64,000 nt of DNA from NCBI GenBank assembly GCA_963826265.1, contig CAWGWH010000002.1, positions 1,283,246 to 1,347,245 on the forward strand, given 5' to 3'. Shown here piece after piece: positions 27,604 to 36,424 of this stretch. The number at the start of each line of letters is the position of its first letter. Position 1 is the stretch's first letter. Position numbers and translations under genes: made by a program. This DNA is from an uncultured Actinomycetota bacterium. GTDB taxonomy: Bacteria; Actinomycetota; Actinomycetes; Propionibacteriales; Nocardioidaceae. Below the pieces are notes generated by a model. It worked only from the letters and a program-made list of their open reading frames with translations. It was not told the DNA's origin and made no database searches.

Positions 27604-29781
27604 ATGCATCGTCAGATCGCCGGCCGGCTGACCGGCCCAGTCACCAAATGGTTCGTCTTCGCCGCCGTTCTCGGCATCACGGTCCTGATGGCCGGCCTCA
27701 ACTCCAAGCTGATCGACGTCCAGAACAACGAGGCCTCGTCCTGGCTGCCTGGCTCCGCCGAGTCCACGAAAGTGGTCGAGGAGCTCTCGGGGACGATCGA
27801 TCCCAACGACATCCCGACCTTGGTCGTCTACCACAGCAGCTCCGGTCTGACCGACGACGACTTCGCGGCGATGGACGAGCAGGCACAGGAGATCGCGGCG
27901 ATCGACGGGGTCACCGACGAGGGTGTGATCTCCCCGAATGCCGCGGCCGAGCTGGAGGCTCAGGGTCAGCCGGTGCCACCGCTCGTCTCCGAGGACGGCG
28001 AGGTCGCCTATCTCGCGCTCACGTTCAACTTCGGTGAGAACGGCTGGAACGACATCCCGGCCGCTGCCGACCAGATCCGCGAGATCGCGCAGATCGACGG
28101 CGTCACGGTGCACCTGGCCGGCTTCGGCGGCCAGGCGGCCGACGCGGCTGAAGCGTTCGAGGGCATCGACACCAACCTGATCATGATCACGCTGCTCGTG
28201 GTGATCGTGATCCTGTTGTTCACCTATCGCAGCCCGATCCTCTGGCTGCTGCCGATCATCTCGGCCGTCGTCGCCTACACGATCTCGGGTGGTGTGGTCT
28301 ACCTGCTGGCGAGGTACGCCGATCTCACCGTGAACGGGCAGAGCCAGGCGATCCTGGGCATCCTGGTGATCGGCGCCGGCACCGACTACGCCCTCCTGCT
28401 CGTGGCCCGATATCGCGAGGAGCTGCGCCGCCACGAGGATCGGCATGAGGCGATGGCGTTCGCCCTCCACCGGGCCGCCCCGGCGATCATGGCCAGCGCC
28501 GCGACCGTCGTGGTCGGCATGCTGTGCCTGAGCTTCGCCGAGCTCAACTCGACCGCCGGCCTCGGACCGGTCCTCGCCGTGGGCGTCAGCGTCACCTTCC
28601 TGGTGATGGTGACCCTGCTCCCGGCCATGCTCGTGATCTGCGGCCGCTGGATCTTCTGGCCGAAGCGGCCGGCGTTCGGCTCGCCGGAGCCGACCAGCTC
28701 GGGTTTCTGGTCCAGGGTCGGCGGCCGGATCGCGCCTCGTCCGCGCTTCGTGTGGTCGGTGACGGCAGGTCTGTTGCTGGTGGCCTGCCTCGGCCTGTTC
28801 AAGCTCGACCCGTCCGGGCTCGCGACCGAGGAGTCCTACACGAAGGAGTTCGACTCGATCCAAGGTCAGGCCCTGCTGGCCGACCACGGGCTCGACGACA
28901 CCTCCAACACCGTCCAGGTGGTCGCCAACTCCGATCAGGTCACCGCCGTGCAGGAGGCGATGACCGGCATCGAGGGCCTGGGCGAGGCCAGGCCGGTGCA
29001 GGAGATCGGCGACGGTCGCTCGTTCTTCGAGGCGACGATCAGAGCGGACATCTCGTCCACTGCGGCGTTCGAAATCGTCGAGTCGACCCGCGACGCCGTC
29101 CACGACGTCGACGGTGCTGATGCCCTGGTCGGCGGTGGGTCGGCCTTCTACCTGGACACCAAGATCGCTTCCGAGCGCGACAACCGGGTCATCATGCCGA
29201 TCGTGCTGGTCGTGGTGTTCTTGATCCTGATCCTCCTGCTGCGGGCGCTGGCCGCGCCCCTGATCCTGATGGGGACGGTGGTCCTGTCGTTCGGAGCCGC
29301 GCTCGGCATCGCCACCTTGCTGTTCACCGAGGTGTTCACCCGGGCGCCGTTCTTCGAGGTCAACGAGGGGTTCGCGCACACCGATCCAGGGTTCCCGCTG
29401 TTCACGTTCGTGTTCCTGGTCGCTCTCGGCATCGACTACAACATCTTCCTGATGACTCGCGTCCGCGAGGAGACGGCGACCCGTGGCACCCGAGAGGGCT
29501 CGCTCGTGGCGCTGTCCTCGACCGGGGGTGTGATCACCTCGGCCGGCCTGGTCCTGGCGGCCACGTTCCTGGTGCTGGGCTCGCTGCCGCTGGTGTTCCT
29601 GGCCCAGCTCGGGGTGGCGGTGGCGCTCGGGGTGCTGCTCGACACGATGATCGTGCGGTCCGTGCTGGTCACCGCGATCAACCTCGACCTGGGCGGGAAG
29701 ATCTGGTGGCCGAGCAAGCTCGACCGTGGCGAGCCGCGGAAGGAGGCTCCGGCTCCCGAGGAGGAGTGGGCCCCGGCCTGA
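27604..29781 (+). CDS. MMPL-family (RND superfamily) membrane transporter
   Basis: 725 aa with two 6-TM bundles, each preceded by an extracytoplasmic loop. MMPL-typical segments include GAGTDYALLLVARYREEL and GIDYNIFLMTRVREE. Confidence 0.9.
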   Translation: MHRQIAGRLTGPVTKWFVFAAVLGITVLMAGLNSKLIDVQNNEASSWLPGSAESTKVVEELSGTIDPNDIPTLVVYHSSSGLTDDDFAAMDEQAQEIAAIDGVTDEGVISPNAAAELEAQGQPVPPLVSEDGEVAYLALTFNFGENGWNDIPAAADQIREIAQIDGVTVHLAGFGGQAADAAEAFEGIDTNLIMITLLVVIVILLFTYRSPILWLLPIISAVVAYTISGGVVYLLARYADLTVNGQSQAILGILVIGAGTDYALLLVARYREELRRHEDRHEAMAFALHRAAPAIMASAATVVVGMLCLSFAELNSTAGLGPVLAVGVSVTFLVMVTLLPAMLVICGRWIFWPKRPAFGSPEPTSSGFWSRVGGRIAPRPRFVWSVTAGLLLVACLGLFKLDPSGLATEESYTKEFDSIQGQALLADHGLDDTSNTVQVVANSDQVTAVQEAMTGIEGLGEARPVQEIGDGRSFFEATIRADISSTAAFEIVESTRDAVHDVDGADALVGGGSAFYLDTKIASERDNRVIMPIVLVVVFLILILLLRALAAPLILMGTVVLSFGAALGIATLLFTEVFTRAPFFEVNEGFAHTDPGFPLFTFVFLVALGIDYNIFLMTRVREETATRGTREGSLVALSSTGGVITSAGLVLAATFLVLGSLPLVFLAQLGVAVALGVLLDTMIVRSVLVTAINLDLGGKIWWPSKLDRGEPRKEAPAPEEEWAPA

Positions 29782-29787
29782 CCGGGG

Positions 29788-30639
29788 TCACGGCACCGCG
29801 AGCAGGTCCTCGTGGTGGACGGTCACCCGGAGGGTGCCGGCCTGCGCCTGCGCCAGGCGTCGACGCGCGTACGGCGCGGCGACCGGTGCGAGCTCGGGTC
29901 GCTGCTCGACGGCGGCGCCGACCCAGCCGGTGACCCACGCCGCCGCCAGTGCGTGCTCGTCGGGACCGAGCCGCCACGGACTCGGGAGTGTGGTCACGGC
30001 GAGCCCGGCCGCGTCGAGCTGAGCGACGGCCGCGGCCGGGGCGTCAGGCCCGAGCAGCGTTCCTGAACCGGTCGCCCGCCGCTGGTGGGCGTTGAACGCG
30101 TCCATCACGTCCCCGTCGAGCTCGTCCGACGGCGCGAGCTCGGCGCGGCCGACCACCGAGAGCGTCACCAGCACCGGGCACCCGGCCACGAGGCATTCCG
30201 CGACCAGCCGTTCGAGCTCCGGAGCGGTCAGCATGTCGAGCAGCGCCGACGCCGTCACCAGATCGGCGTCGCTCAGCGACTCCGGGGGGAGCCGGGTGAT
30301 GTCGTCCAGACGGCGCTCGATCGTGGCAGCGCTGCCGTCGGCGGCCGCCGGCGGTGGGTACGCCGCCGCCCGGTCGAGCAGGTCGCGGTCCCGGTCGTGC
30401 AGTACCCACCGCTGGGGACCCGGCAGCCTCGGCGCGAGCCACCGCGCCATCGAACCGGTGCCGGAACCCAGGTCGTGGACCACCAGGCCGCCGTCGGCCG
30501 GCAGGACGCGGCGGAGCGCGTCGACGAGCCCACCGGCCCTGGCCGCCGCGTCGGCGGGCTCGCGGAGGGCGAGCCAGTCGCCGTCGGCACGGACCACCTC
30601 GGACCCCATGCCACCTCCCTCATCGTCGGACGTCGTCAC
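29788..30639 (-). CDS. SAM-dependent methyltransferase
   Basis: 283 aa with motif I VVHDLGSGTGS. It is convergent with the MMPL gene with a 6-nt gap. Confidence 0.7.
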   Translation of the reverse strand: MTTSDDEGGGMGSEVVRADGDWLALREPADAAARAGGLVDALRRVLPADGGLVVHDLGSGTGSMARWLAPRLPGPQRWVLHDRDRDLLDRAAAYPPPAAADGSAATIERRLDDITRLPPESLSDADLVTASALLDMLTAPELERLVAECLVAGCPVLVTLSVVGRAELAPSDELDGDVMDAFNAHQRRATGSGTLLGPDAPAAAVAQLDAAGLAVTTLPSPWRLGPDEHALAAAWVTGWVGAAVEQRPELAPVAAPYARRRLAQAQAGTLRVTVHHEDLLAVP

Positions 30640-30678
30640 GCTAGTGGAGCGCGGCCGCGGCCAGCGAGGGGGACGAAT

Positions 30679-31308
30679 TCAAGAGCTCAGACGCCTGAGA
30701 CTGGCGAGGACGTTGATCTCGCCGGCGTGTCCCACTCGGCCGGTCAGCGTGGCTTCACCGTCGAGCGGTGAGCCCAACACCCGTGCGACGGCGAGCTCGA
30801 GGTCTCCGGCCCTGACCAGCGTGACCATGCCCTCGTCGGTCACCGAGTCGACCGAGGTCACGTCCGGAGCCTCGCCGGAGGTGCCGCTTCCGCGCACCTG
30901 CATCCGGGGTGGGATGTCGACGCGCTCGCCATCTTGCTCGAAGTACATCTGCGCCTGCGTGCCGCCGGTCAGGATCGCGGCGGCCAGGGTGGCCGCCCAG
31001 ACCGGGTCGCCACAGCCGTCGTACACCCATCGATCCCCCAGCACGGAGTGCTCACTGGTCCCGATCAGGTGGGTCTCAGCCCCCGCGAGCGGAGTCGCAC
31101 GGTAGGTGAGCGGGGTCTGCAGCACGGCGCCGCCTTCGGACAGCCAGAGGATCGTCTCGACGCCCACCTCGCCGGCGGGATCGTCGAAGCGGTACTCGGC
31201 GAGCTTTTCCGCCACGGTGCGATCTGAGGCCCAGGACCGCGTCGGGAGCCACGACTCGACAAGCTCCTGCTTCGAGGGAGAGAGCGTGGCTCGGTGGACA
31301 ATGCCCAT
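30679..31308 (-). CDS. Maltokinase N-terminal cap-like domain protein (function unknown)
   Basis: 209 aa starting MGIVHRATLSPSKQELVESWLPTRSW, with ...YRFDDPAGEVGVE...LTYR...HSVLGDRWVYDGCGDPV. From memory, this matches stand-alone Mak_N_cap-like proteins. Confidence 0.55.
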   Translation of the reverse strand: MGIVHRATLSPSKQELVESWLPTRSWASDRTVAEKLAEYRFDDPAGEVGVETILWLSEGGAVLQTPLTYRATPLAGAETHLIGTSEHSVLGDRWVYDGCGDPVWAATLAAAILTGGTQAQMYFEQDGERVDIPPRMQVRGSGTSGEAPDVTSVDSVTDEGMVTLVRAGDLELAVARVLGSPLDGEATLTGRVGHAGEINVLASLRRLSS

Positions 31309-31412
31309 GACCGGACCCTACGCGGCTCTGACTTCGTGGCAGCTCCACAGGTGAACCCAGAACCAGCCGCGCCCGTTCCTCCTAACGGCGGCGGCCCAGC
31401 CGCCGCAGGGAG

Positions 31413-32138
31413 GTGGTCGTGGTGCCGGTCGGCCGGGCGCTCGCGGCTGGGCTCGTCGCGCTGTCCGCCCTGCTCGCCGGGCTGACGGCGAACCCCGGCC
31501 TGACTGTCCCGGCCTGGGGCACCGGGCTGGTGTGCGGCGGGCTGGTGGCGGTGGCGGTCGTCCGGGGCCTCGCTCGGGACGACGCAGATCACCTGACGCC
31601 GGCCGATGTGGTCACGCTGACCCGGGCCATGATCGCCTGCGCGGTCGCGGCCCTGATGGTGGAGTCGTGGCTCGGCCACACCGCGACGGCACTGCTCGTC
31701 GGGCTCGCGGTGATCGCCCTGGTGCTCGACTCGGTCGACGGCCGGGTGGCGCGGGTGACCCGGCGGTCGACCGGGTTCGGGGCGCGCTTCGACGGCGAGG
31801 CCGACGCGTTCCTCCTGCTCGTGCTCAGTGCCCACGTGGCGGCGTCGCACGGTGTCTGGGTGCTGGCGATCGGCGCCGCCCGCTACGCCTTCTGGGCGGT
31901 GGGGTCCGTCTGGCCGTGGCTGCGCAGTCCGCTCCCACGGCGCGACTGGCGCAAGGTCGTCACGGCCGTCCAGGGGATCGTGCTCGTCGCCGCCGCCGCG
32001 GACGTGGCGCCGCGGCCCGCGGTCACGCTGGCCCTGGTAGCGGCCCTGGTCCTGCTCACGGAGTCGTTCGGCCGAGACGTCCTCTGGCTGGTGCGGCGCC
32101 GGCCCCGGGCACGGCTCGTCGGAGCGTCCGCGCCGTGA
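31413..32138 (+). CDS. CDP-alcohol phosphatidyltransferase family protein
   Basis: 241 aa polytopic protein with a perfect DGx2ARx8Gx3Dx3D motif (DGRVARVTRRSTGFGARFDGEAD). Confidence 0.85.
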   Translation: MVVVPVGRALAAGLVALSALLAGLTANPGLTVPAWGTGLVCGGLVAVAVVRGLARDDADHLTPADVVTLTRAMIACAVAALMVESWLGHTATALLVGLAVIALVLDSVDGRVARVTRRSTGFGARFDGEADAFLLLVLSAHVAASHGVWVLAIGAARYAFWAVGSVWPWLRSPLPRRDWRKVVTAVQGIVLVAAAADVAPRPAVTLALVAALVLLTESFGRDVLWLVRRRPRARLVGASAP

Positions 32139-32896
32139 CCACCACCGACGACCGCGCCGCGTACGGGCTCGCCCTGGAGCAGGCACGGCAGGCGGCGTAC
32201 CCGCCCGGTGAGTACGTCGGGCAGGAGAGCTTCATGACGGCCTCCGAGATCCGCGCGCTGGCGGGGGGCGCGCGTATCGGCCGGGCGGACCGGGTGCTCG
32301 ACGTCTGCTGCGGGGTCGCCGGGCCGGGCCGTCTCGTGGCAGCCGAGACGGGATGTCGCTACCTCGGCGTCGACCTCGACCCGGGCGCTGTCGCGGCGGC
32401 CCGGCTGGCCGCGGCCGACCTGCCGTGCCGGTTCGAGGTACGCCGGGTGCCGCCCCTCCCGCCGGGAACCTTCGACGTCGTGCTGCTGCTCGAGACGTTG
32501 CTGGCCTTCCACGAGAAGCGGCCGCTGCTGGCGGCGGTCGCGGCAGCGCTGCGGCCCGGCGGCCGGTTCGCCCTGACGGTCGAGGAGGGGGCGCCGCTGA
32601 CCGCGCCGGAGCGAGCGAGGATGCCGGCGTCCGACACGGTGTTTCCGGTGCCGCTGCCCGACCTGGTCGACCTGCTGGAACAGGAGGGCTTCGGGGTCGA
32701 CTCGATCGAGGAGTGCAGTGATGCCCACCGGGACACGGCGGCGGCGCTGGCGGACGCGTTCGAGGCCGACGGGGTCTCGATCGGCGCCCAGATCGGGCTG
32801 GGCACGCTCGACGACCTGGTCGCGGCACACCGGCTCTGGGCCGAGTGGCTGGGTGCCGGCCGGATCCGCAAGCTGTCCCTCATTGCCGTCCGGTGA
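32135..32896 (+). CDS. Class I SAM-dependent methyltransferase, translationally coupled to the phosphatidyltransferase
   Basis: The GTG start overlaps the upstream stop (GTGA at 32135-32138). Motif I is VLDVCCGVAGPG. Confidence 0.8.
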   Translation: MTTTDDRAAYGLALEQARQAAYPPGEYVGQESFMTASEIRALAGGARIGRADRVLDVCCGVAGPGRLVAAETGCRYLGVDLDPGAVAAARLAAADLPCRFEVRRVPPLPPGTFDVVLLLETLLAFHEKRPLLAAVAAALRPGGRFALTVEEGAPLTAPERARMPASDTVFPVPLPDLVDLLEQEGFGVDSIEECSDAHRDTAAALADAFEADGVSIGAQIGLGTLDDLVAAHRLWAEWLGAGRIRKLSLIAVR

Positions 32897-32994
32897 ACCG
32901 CCGTCCGGTGAACCGCGGGGCGGCACCGCCCGTTCTCCCGGGTGACATCGCTCCGCGACCGTCGCGGGAGCGATCCCGACGAAGGGAGTGGCTC

Positions 32995-33411
32995 ATGGGC
33001 ACGCGCGTGCTGGCGGCGCTGGCGGTGCTGGTGTCGGCGGGGGTGCACCTCTACCTCTGGGACGACGGCTACAAGGACCTCGACAAGATCGGGCCCGCGT
33101 TCCTTCTCAACGCGGCCGGTGGGGTGGTGATCGCGGTGCTCCTGCTCGCCTGGTCCCACTGGATCCCGGCGTTCCTGGCACTCGGGTTCGGGGTGTCGAC
33201 GCTCGGCGCCTTCATCATCTCGACCACTGTGGGGCTCTTCGGACTGGAGGAGTCGTGGGAGGGCTGGTACGTGTGGACGGCGGCGGGTTCGGAGGTGGCC
33301 GCGATCCTGCTGGGTGGGATGCTCCTGCTCCGCAACAACCCGCTGCGCCCAGGTGGCTCAGGTGGCGAGTCGCAGCACCACGCGGCCGTCCGTCGTCCGG
33401 ACCTCCACTGA
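32995..33411 (+). CDS. Small 4-TM membrane protein, function unknown
   Basis: 138 aa from ATG 32995, preceded by GAAGGGAG. The 3' end overlaps the convergent anti-sigma gene by 54 nt. Confidence 0.5.
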   Translation: MGTRVLAALAVLVSAGVHLYLWDDGYKDLDKIGPAFLLNAAGGVVIAVLLLAWSHWIPAFLALGFGVSTLGAFIISTTVGLFGLEESWEGWYVWTAAGSEVAAILLGGMLLLRNNPLRPGGSGGESQHHAAVRRPDLH

Positions 33412-34080
33412 GGCGAGCTCGGCGGGCGTACGCGCGGTGGCGGCCATGATCGTCATCTCGCGGCCGCCCACCGACCGCCAGCTGCCGACCTGCTCCATGC
33501 GCCCGGTCCGAGTCCGCACGAACAGCTCGTAGTCGGCCTCCGGAGGCAGGTCGTAGGGGACCGCGTCCGGGTCGTAGGTGCACGTGAGCCCGACCCGGGT
33601 TCCCCAGGTGACCTCCTCCAGGCTCACGGTGGCCCGGACCGGCACCTCGCCGACCGGTGCCATCTGCAGCTCCGGCACCGGTTCCTCCGACACGTCGGCC
33701 GTGGGCTGCCCGGGCGGCGGTGCGGGGTCCTCGCCGAGCTGCGCGAGGCCCACGGGTACGACGACGAGCAGCGCCGAGGCGGCAGCGATCCCGGCCGTGA
33801 GCAGCGTGCGGCGGCGCCGGCTGCGTCGTACCTCGCCCATCAGCGCGGGCAGCAGTGTCGGCGGCGGCTCGTGCACCGGCCCGGCCATCGGCTCCTCGAG
33901 CACCGTGGCGTCGACGCGTCCGAGCAGGCCGGGGAGCCCCGCCAGCGCGGCAACCGACCGGGTGCAGACCGCGCACGTGGCCAGGTGCTGCTTGAAGGCC
34001 ACCCGCTCGGCCGGGGAGAGCGCTCCCAGCACGTAGGCGCCGTCGTCGTGCACGAACTCGCAGCTCATGGGGGTGTTCAT
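33358..34080 (-). CDS. Anti-sigma factor (zf-HC2 type) with one TM segment and an extracytoplasmic domain
   Basis: 240 aa from ATG 34080 (MNTPMSCEFVHDDGAYVLGALSPAERVAFKQHLATCAVC). Its start overlaps the sigma gene stop (ATGA). Confidence 0.75.
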   Translation of the reverse strand: MNTPMSCEFVHDDGAYVLGALSPAERVAFKQHLATCAVCTRSVAALAGLPGLLGRVDATVLEEPMAGPVHEPPPTLLPALMGEVRRSRRRRTLLTAGIAAASALLVVVPVGLAQLGEDPAPPPGQPTADVSEEPVPELQMAPVGEVPVRATVSLEEVTWGTRVGLTCTYDPDAVPYDLPPEADYELFVRTRTGRMEQVGSWRSVGGREMTIMAATARTPAELASVEVRTTDGRVVLRLAT

Positions 34081-34610
34081 GCCTCCACCCCCAGTTCCTC
34101 GAGCGCCAGCCGCAGCGCGCGCAGCGCGTAGTGCGTACGTGACTTCACCGTGCCCTCGGGGACCTCCAGGCGCCGGGCCGCCTCGGCGACCGGCCGGCCA
34201 CGGTAGTAGCACTCGAGCAGCACGTCGCGGTGCTCGCGTGACAGGCGGGTGAGTGCCTCGGCCACGACCCACGACAGCAGCAGCTGGTCACTCTCGTCGG
34301 CCACCCCGTCGTCGGGCAGCTCGGCGAGCGGCGTCTCGCGGTGGGAGCGGCTGCTCCGCCACTGGTCGATCACGATGTTGCGGGCGACGGTGAAGAGCCA
34401 CGCCCGCACCGCCTGCGGCGGACTCTCCAGGATGGTGCGGTGCCGCCAAGCGCGCAGCAGCGTCTCCTGGGCCACGTCCTCGGCCCGACCCTGGTCGGTG
34501 GGCACGAGCCGTCGGCAGTAGCGCCACAGGGCGACCGCGTGGTCGTCGTGCAGCTGCTGCATGAGCATGACGTCGGGATCGGGCACTGGATTGGACACCT
34601 GCTTCCTCAC
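34077..34610 (-). CDS. ECF-type RNA polymerase sigma factor
   Basis: 177 aa. Region 2 reads DVAQETLLRAWRH. Region 4 reads RDVLLECYYRGRPVAEAARRLEVPEGTVKSRTHYALRAL. Confidence 0.9.
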   Translation of the reverse strand: MRKQVSNPVPDPDVMLMQQLHDDHAVALWRYCRRLVPTDQGRAEDVAQETLLRAWRHRTILESPPQAVRAWLFTVARNIVIDQWRSSRSHRETPLAELPDDGVADESDQLLLSWVVAEALTRLSREHRDVLLECYYRGRPVAEAARRLEVPEGTVKSRTHYALRALRLALEELGVEA

Positions 34611-34640
34611 CCCTACACACGGTCCGCGATCCGCGCGGGT

Positions 34641-36338
34641 TCACCGCGGTCCGGTCGGCCGGTCCCCATTGTGGCTGCCACCGGCGTACGCCGCGACGAA
34701 ACGGTCCCGGAACGCGTCCATCCGCCACACCGGGGCGTCCGGCTCCGGTCGCAGGCCGGCGTCCCAGCCCCAGCCGGCGATCCGGTCGAGCACGGCCGGG
34801 TCGCGCGCGATCACCGCGACCGGCACGTCGTTCCCGGCATCGGACCCGGACACGATCGTGGCCGGCTGGTGGTCGCCCAGCACGACCACCACGAGGTCGT
34901 CGTCGCCATAGGTCGTCACGAACCGGACGAACGCCCGCAGTGAGTAGGTGACGGCGTCGAAGTAGGCCTGCCGCACCCGCTCGCGGTCGGGCCAGATGTC
35001 CGCCTCGGACGGGAGTGTCTGCGGCATCCCGTCGAAGACCGAGCCGTCGCCGACGTCGGCCTGGTCGATCAGCCGGGGGACCCGCGACCAGGGCGCGTGG
35101 CTGGTGATCAGGTCGATCTCCGCCATCACCGGCCGGCGCGGGTGCGGCGCGAGCTCGAGCCGGTGGAACGCGTCGAGGGTGTACTGGTCGGGCATCGTGG
35201 GGTAGCCGAACCGTGGGCCCTCGTAGCCGACGTTGCGCGAGTCGTAGACGTGGTCGAAGTCGTAGAACTCACCCTGCGGCCAGTCCCGGTTGTTGGCGGG
35301 GACGGAGGCCACCGTGCGCCAACCGGCCCGGCCGAACAGCCGCGTGAGGGTCAGCCGGGGGCTGGTCACCAGCACGTCGTACCGCGGCTGGCTGTCGATC
35401 CAGAGGCCCGACTGGAGCGTGGCGTGGGCCAGCCAGCTGAGTGCGCCGAAGGTCGGCGAGGTGAGGTAGGCGCTCCGGCTCTCGAAACCGGCCTCTTCCA
35501 GCTGCTCGTTGCCGGCGTCCATCGTGTACGTGACCCGCGGGGAGAGATCCGGATCCTCCAGCGCCACCCGGCCCAGGCTCTCGACGAAGACGATCAGCAC
35601 GTCCTTGCCGCGCAGGCCCTCGAGCAGGTCCTCGCCGGGCACGTCTCCCAGCGGATCGGAGCGGGAGGCCACCAGGAACTCGCGGCGGTCCGCCAGCTGC
35701 CCCGGGATCCGGGTGACCTGGCCCTGCACGTAGGTGGCGGTGTCGTGGCTGGCGATCGGACCGGCCGGGCCGCGTACGTCGAGCAGCGTGAGCACCAGCC
35801 AGAGCGCCGTCAGTACGGCCACCGCCGGCAGCGCCACGGCGCGGTGACGCGACGCCACCCGGGCTACCCGCAGCACCGCGAGCGGCAGCAGCACGAGCAG
35901 CGCGACCACGGCCACCCCACCCCCGACCACGAGGAGGGTGCCCAGCCGCGGCCCGAAGGAGTCGCGGACGGTCTCGACCAGGGAGGCGGCGTACCGCCAG
36001 TCGATCAGGGGGTCGAAGGGCCGGTTCAGCGCCTCGACGAACCCGATGTCGAACAGCTTGAACACCGCGGCCAGACCGAGGACCACCCCCGCGGTCATCG
36101 CCAGCGCCGAACGCAGCCACGCCGGCCGCGCCGGGACGAGCAGCACGGCAGCGACCAGGAGCACTGCTTCGACGGGCAGCCGGAGGAACGCCGAGGGACG
36201 CAGGTCCTCGAGGCTCGTCGGGGCGGTCATTGCCGCGACCACCAGGGCGAGCGCGAGCACCGACCGGACTACGGAGCCGACGCGTGTCCACCACGGGACG
36301 GAACCGGGTTGAACCGAGCGCACGGCCACTCCGTTCAC
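34641..36338 (-). CDS. Membrane-anchored sulfatase / LtaS-like (alkaline-phosphatase superfamily) phospho-headgroup transferase
   Basis: 565 aa with about 5 N-terminal TM segments, then VLIVFVESLG (metal-binding Glu context), TSPTFGALSW (candidate Thr nucleophile) and VVVLGDHQP. The start codon is GTG and the exact start is uncertain. Confidence 0.7.
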   Translation of the reverse strand: MNGVAVRSVQPGSVPWWTRVGSVVRSVLALALVVAAMTAPTSLEDLRPSAFLRLPVEAVLLVAAVLLVPARPAWLRSALAMTAGVVLGLAAVFKLFDIGFVEALNRPFDPLIDWRYAASLVETVRDSFGPRLGTLLVVGGGVAVVALLVLLPLAVLRVARVASRHRAVALPAVAVLTALWLVLTLLDVRGPAGPIASHDTATYVQGQVTRIPGQLADRREFLVASRSDPLGDVPGEDLLEGLRGKDVLIVFVESLGRVALEDPDLSPRVTYTMDAGNEQLEEAGFESRSAYLTSPTFGALSWLAHATLQSGLWIDSQPRYDVLVTSPRLTLTRLFGRAGWRTVASVPANNRDWPQGEFYDFDHVYDSRNVGYEGPRFGYPTMPDQYTLDAFHRLELAPHPRRPVMAEIDLITSHAPWSRVPRLIDQADVGDGSVFDGMPQTLPSEADIWPDRERVRQAYFDAVTYSLRAFVRFVTTYGDDDLVVVVLGDHQPATIVSGSDAGNDVPVAVIARDPAVLDRIAGWGWDAGLRPEPDAPVWRMDAFRDRFVAAYAGGSHNGDRPTGPR

Positions 36339-36349
36339 ACGACCGACGA

Positions 36350-36390
36350 GGGAACACGAGAAGGAACGAGCAGGTCGCCGCTCCGGTTCA
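36350..36390. promoter_or_regulatory. Palindromic ECF-type promoter motif readable on both strands in the 87-bp divergent region
   Basis: Plus strand: GGAAC(36363-36367)-N17-GGTTC(36385-36389). Minus strand: TGAACC-N16-CGTTCC. An additional GGGAAC lies at 36350-36355. Confidence 0.3.
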
Positions 36391-36424
36391 CCGGCGCGGG
36401 GATGGCCCGGGAGTTGGTGGTCCG

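Noticed and set aside
26134-29379. 1081-aa minus-strand ORF
   Set aside because: It is antisense to the GH3 lipoprotein and MMPL genes, whose products carry clear family motifs. Its composition is a shadow-ORF artefact.
36230-36424. Upstream extension of the MDR dehydrogenase ORF from 36230
   Set aside because: It overlaps the divergent LtaS-like gene and the promoter region. ATG 36425 has a GGGAG ribosome-binding site, and the homologous N-terminus begins there.
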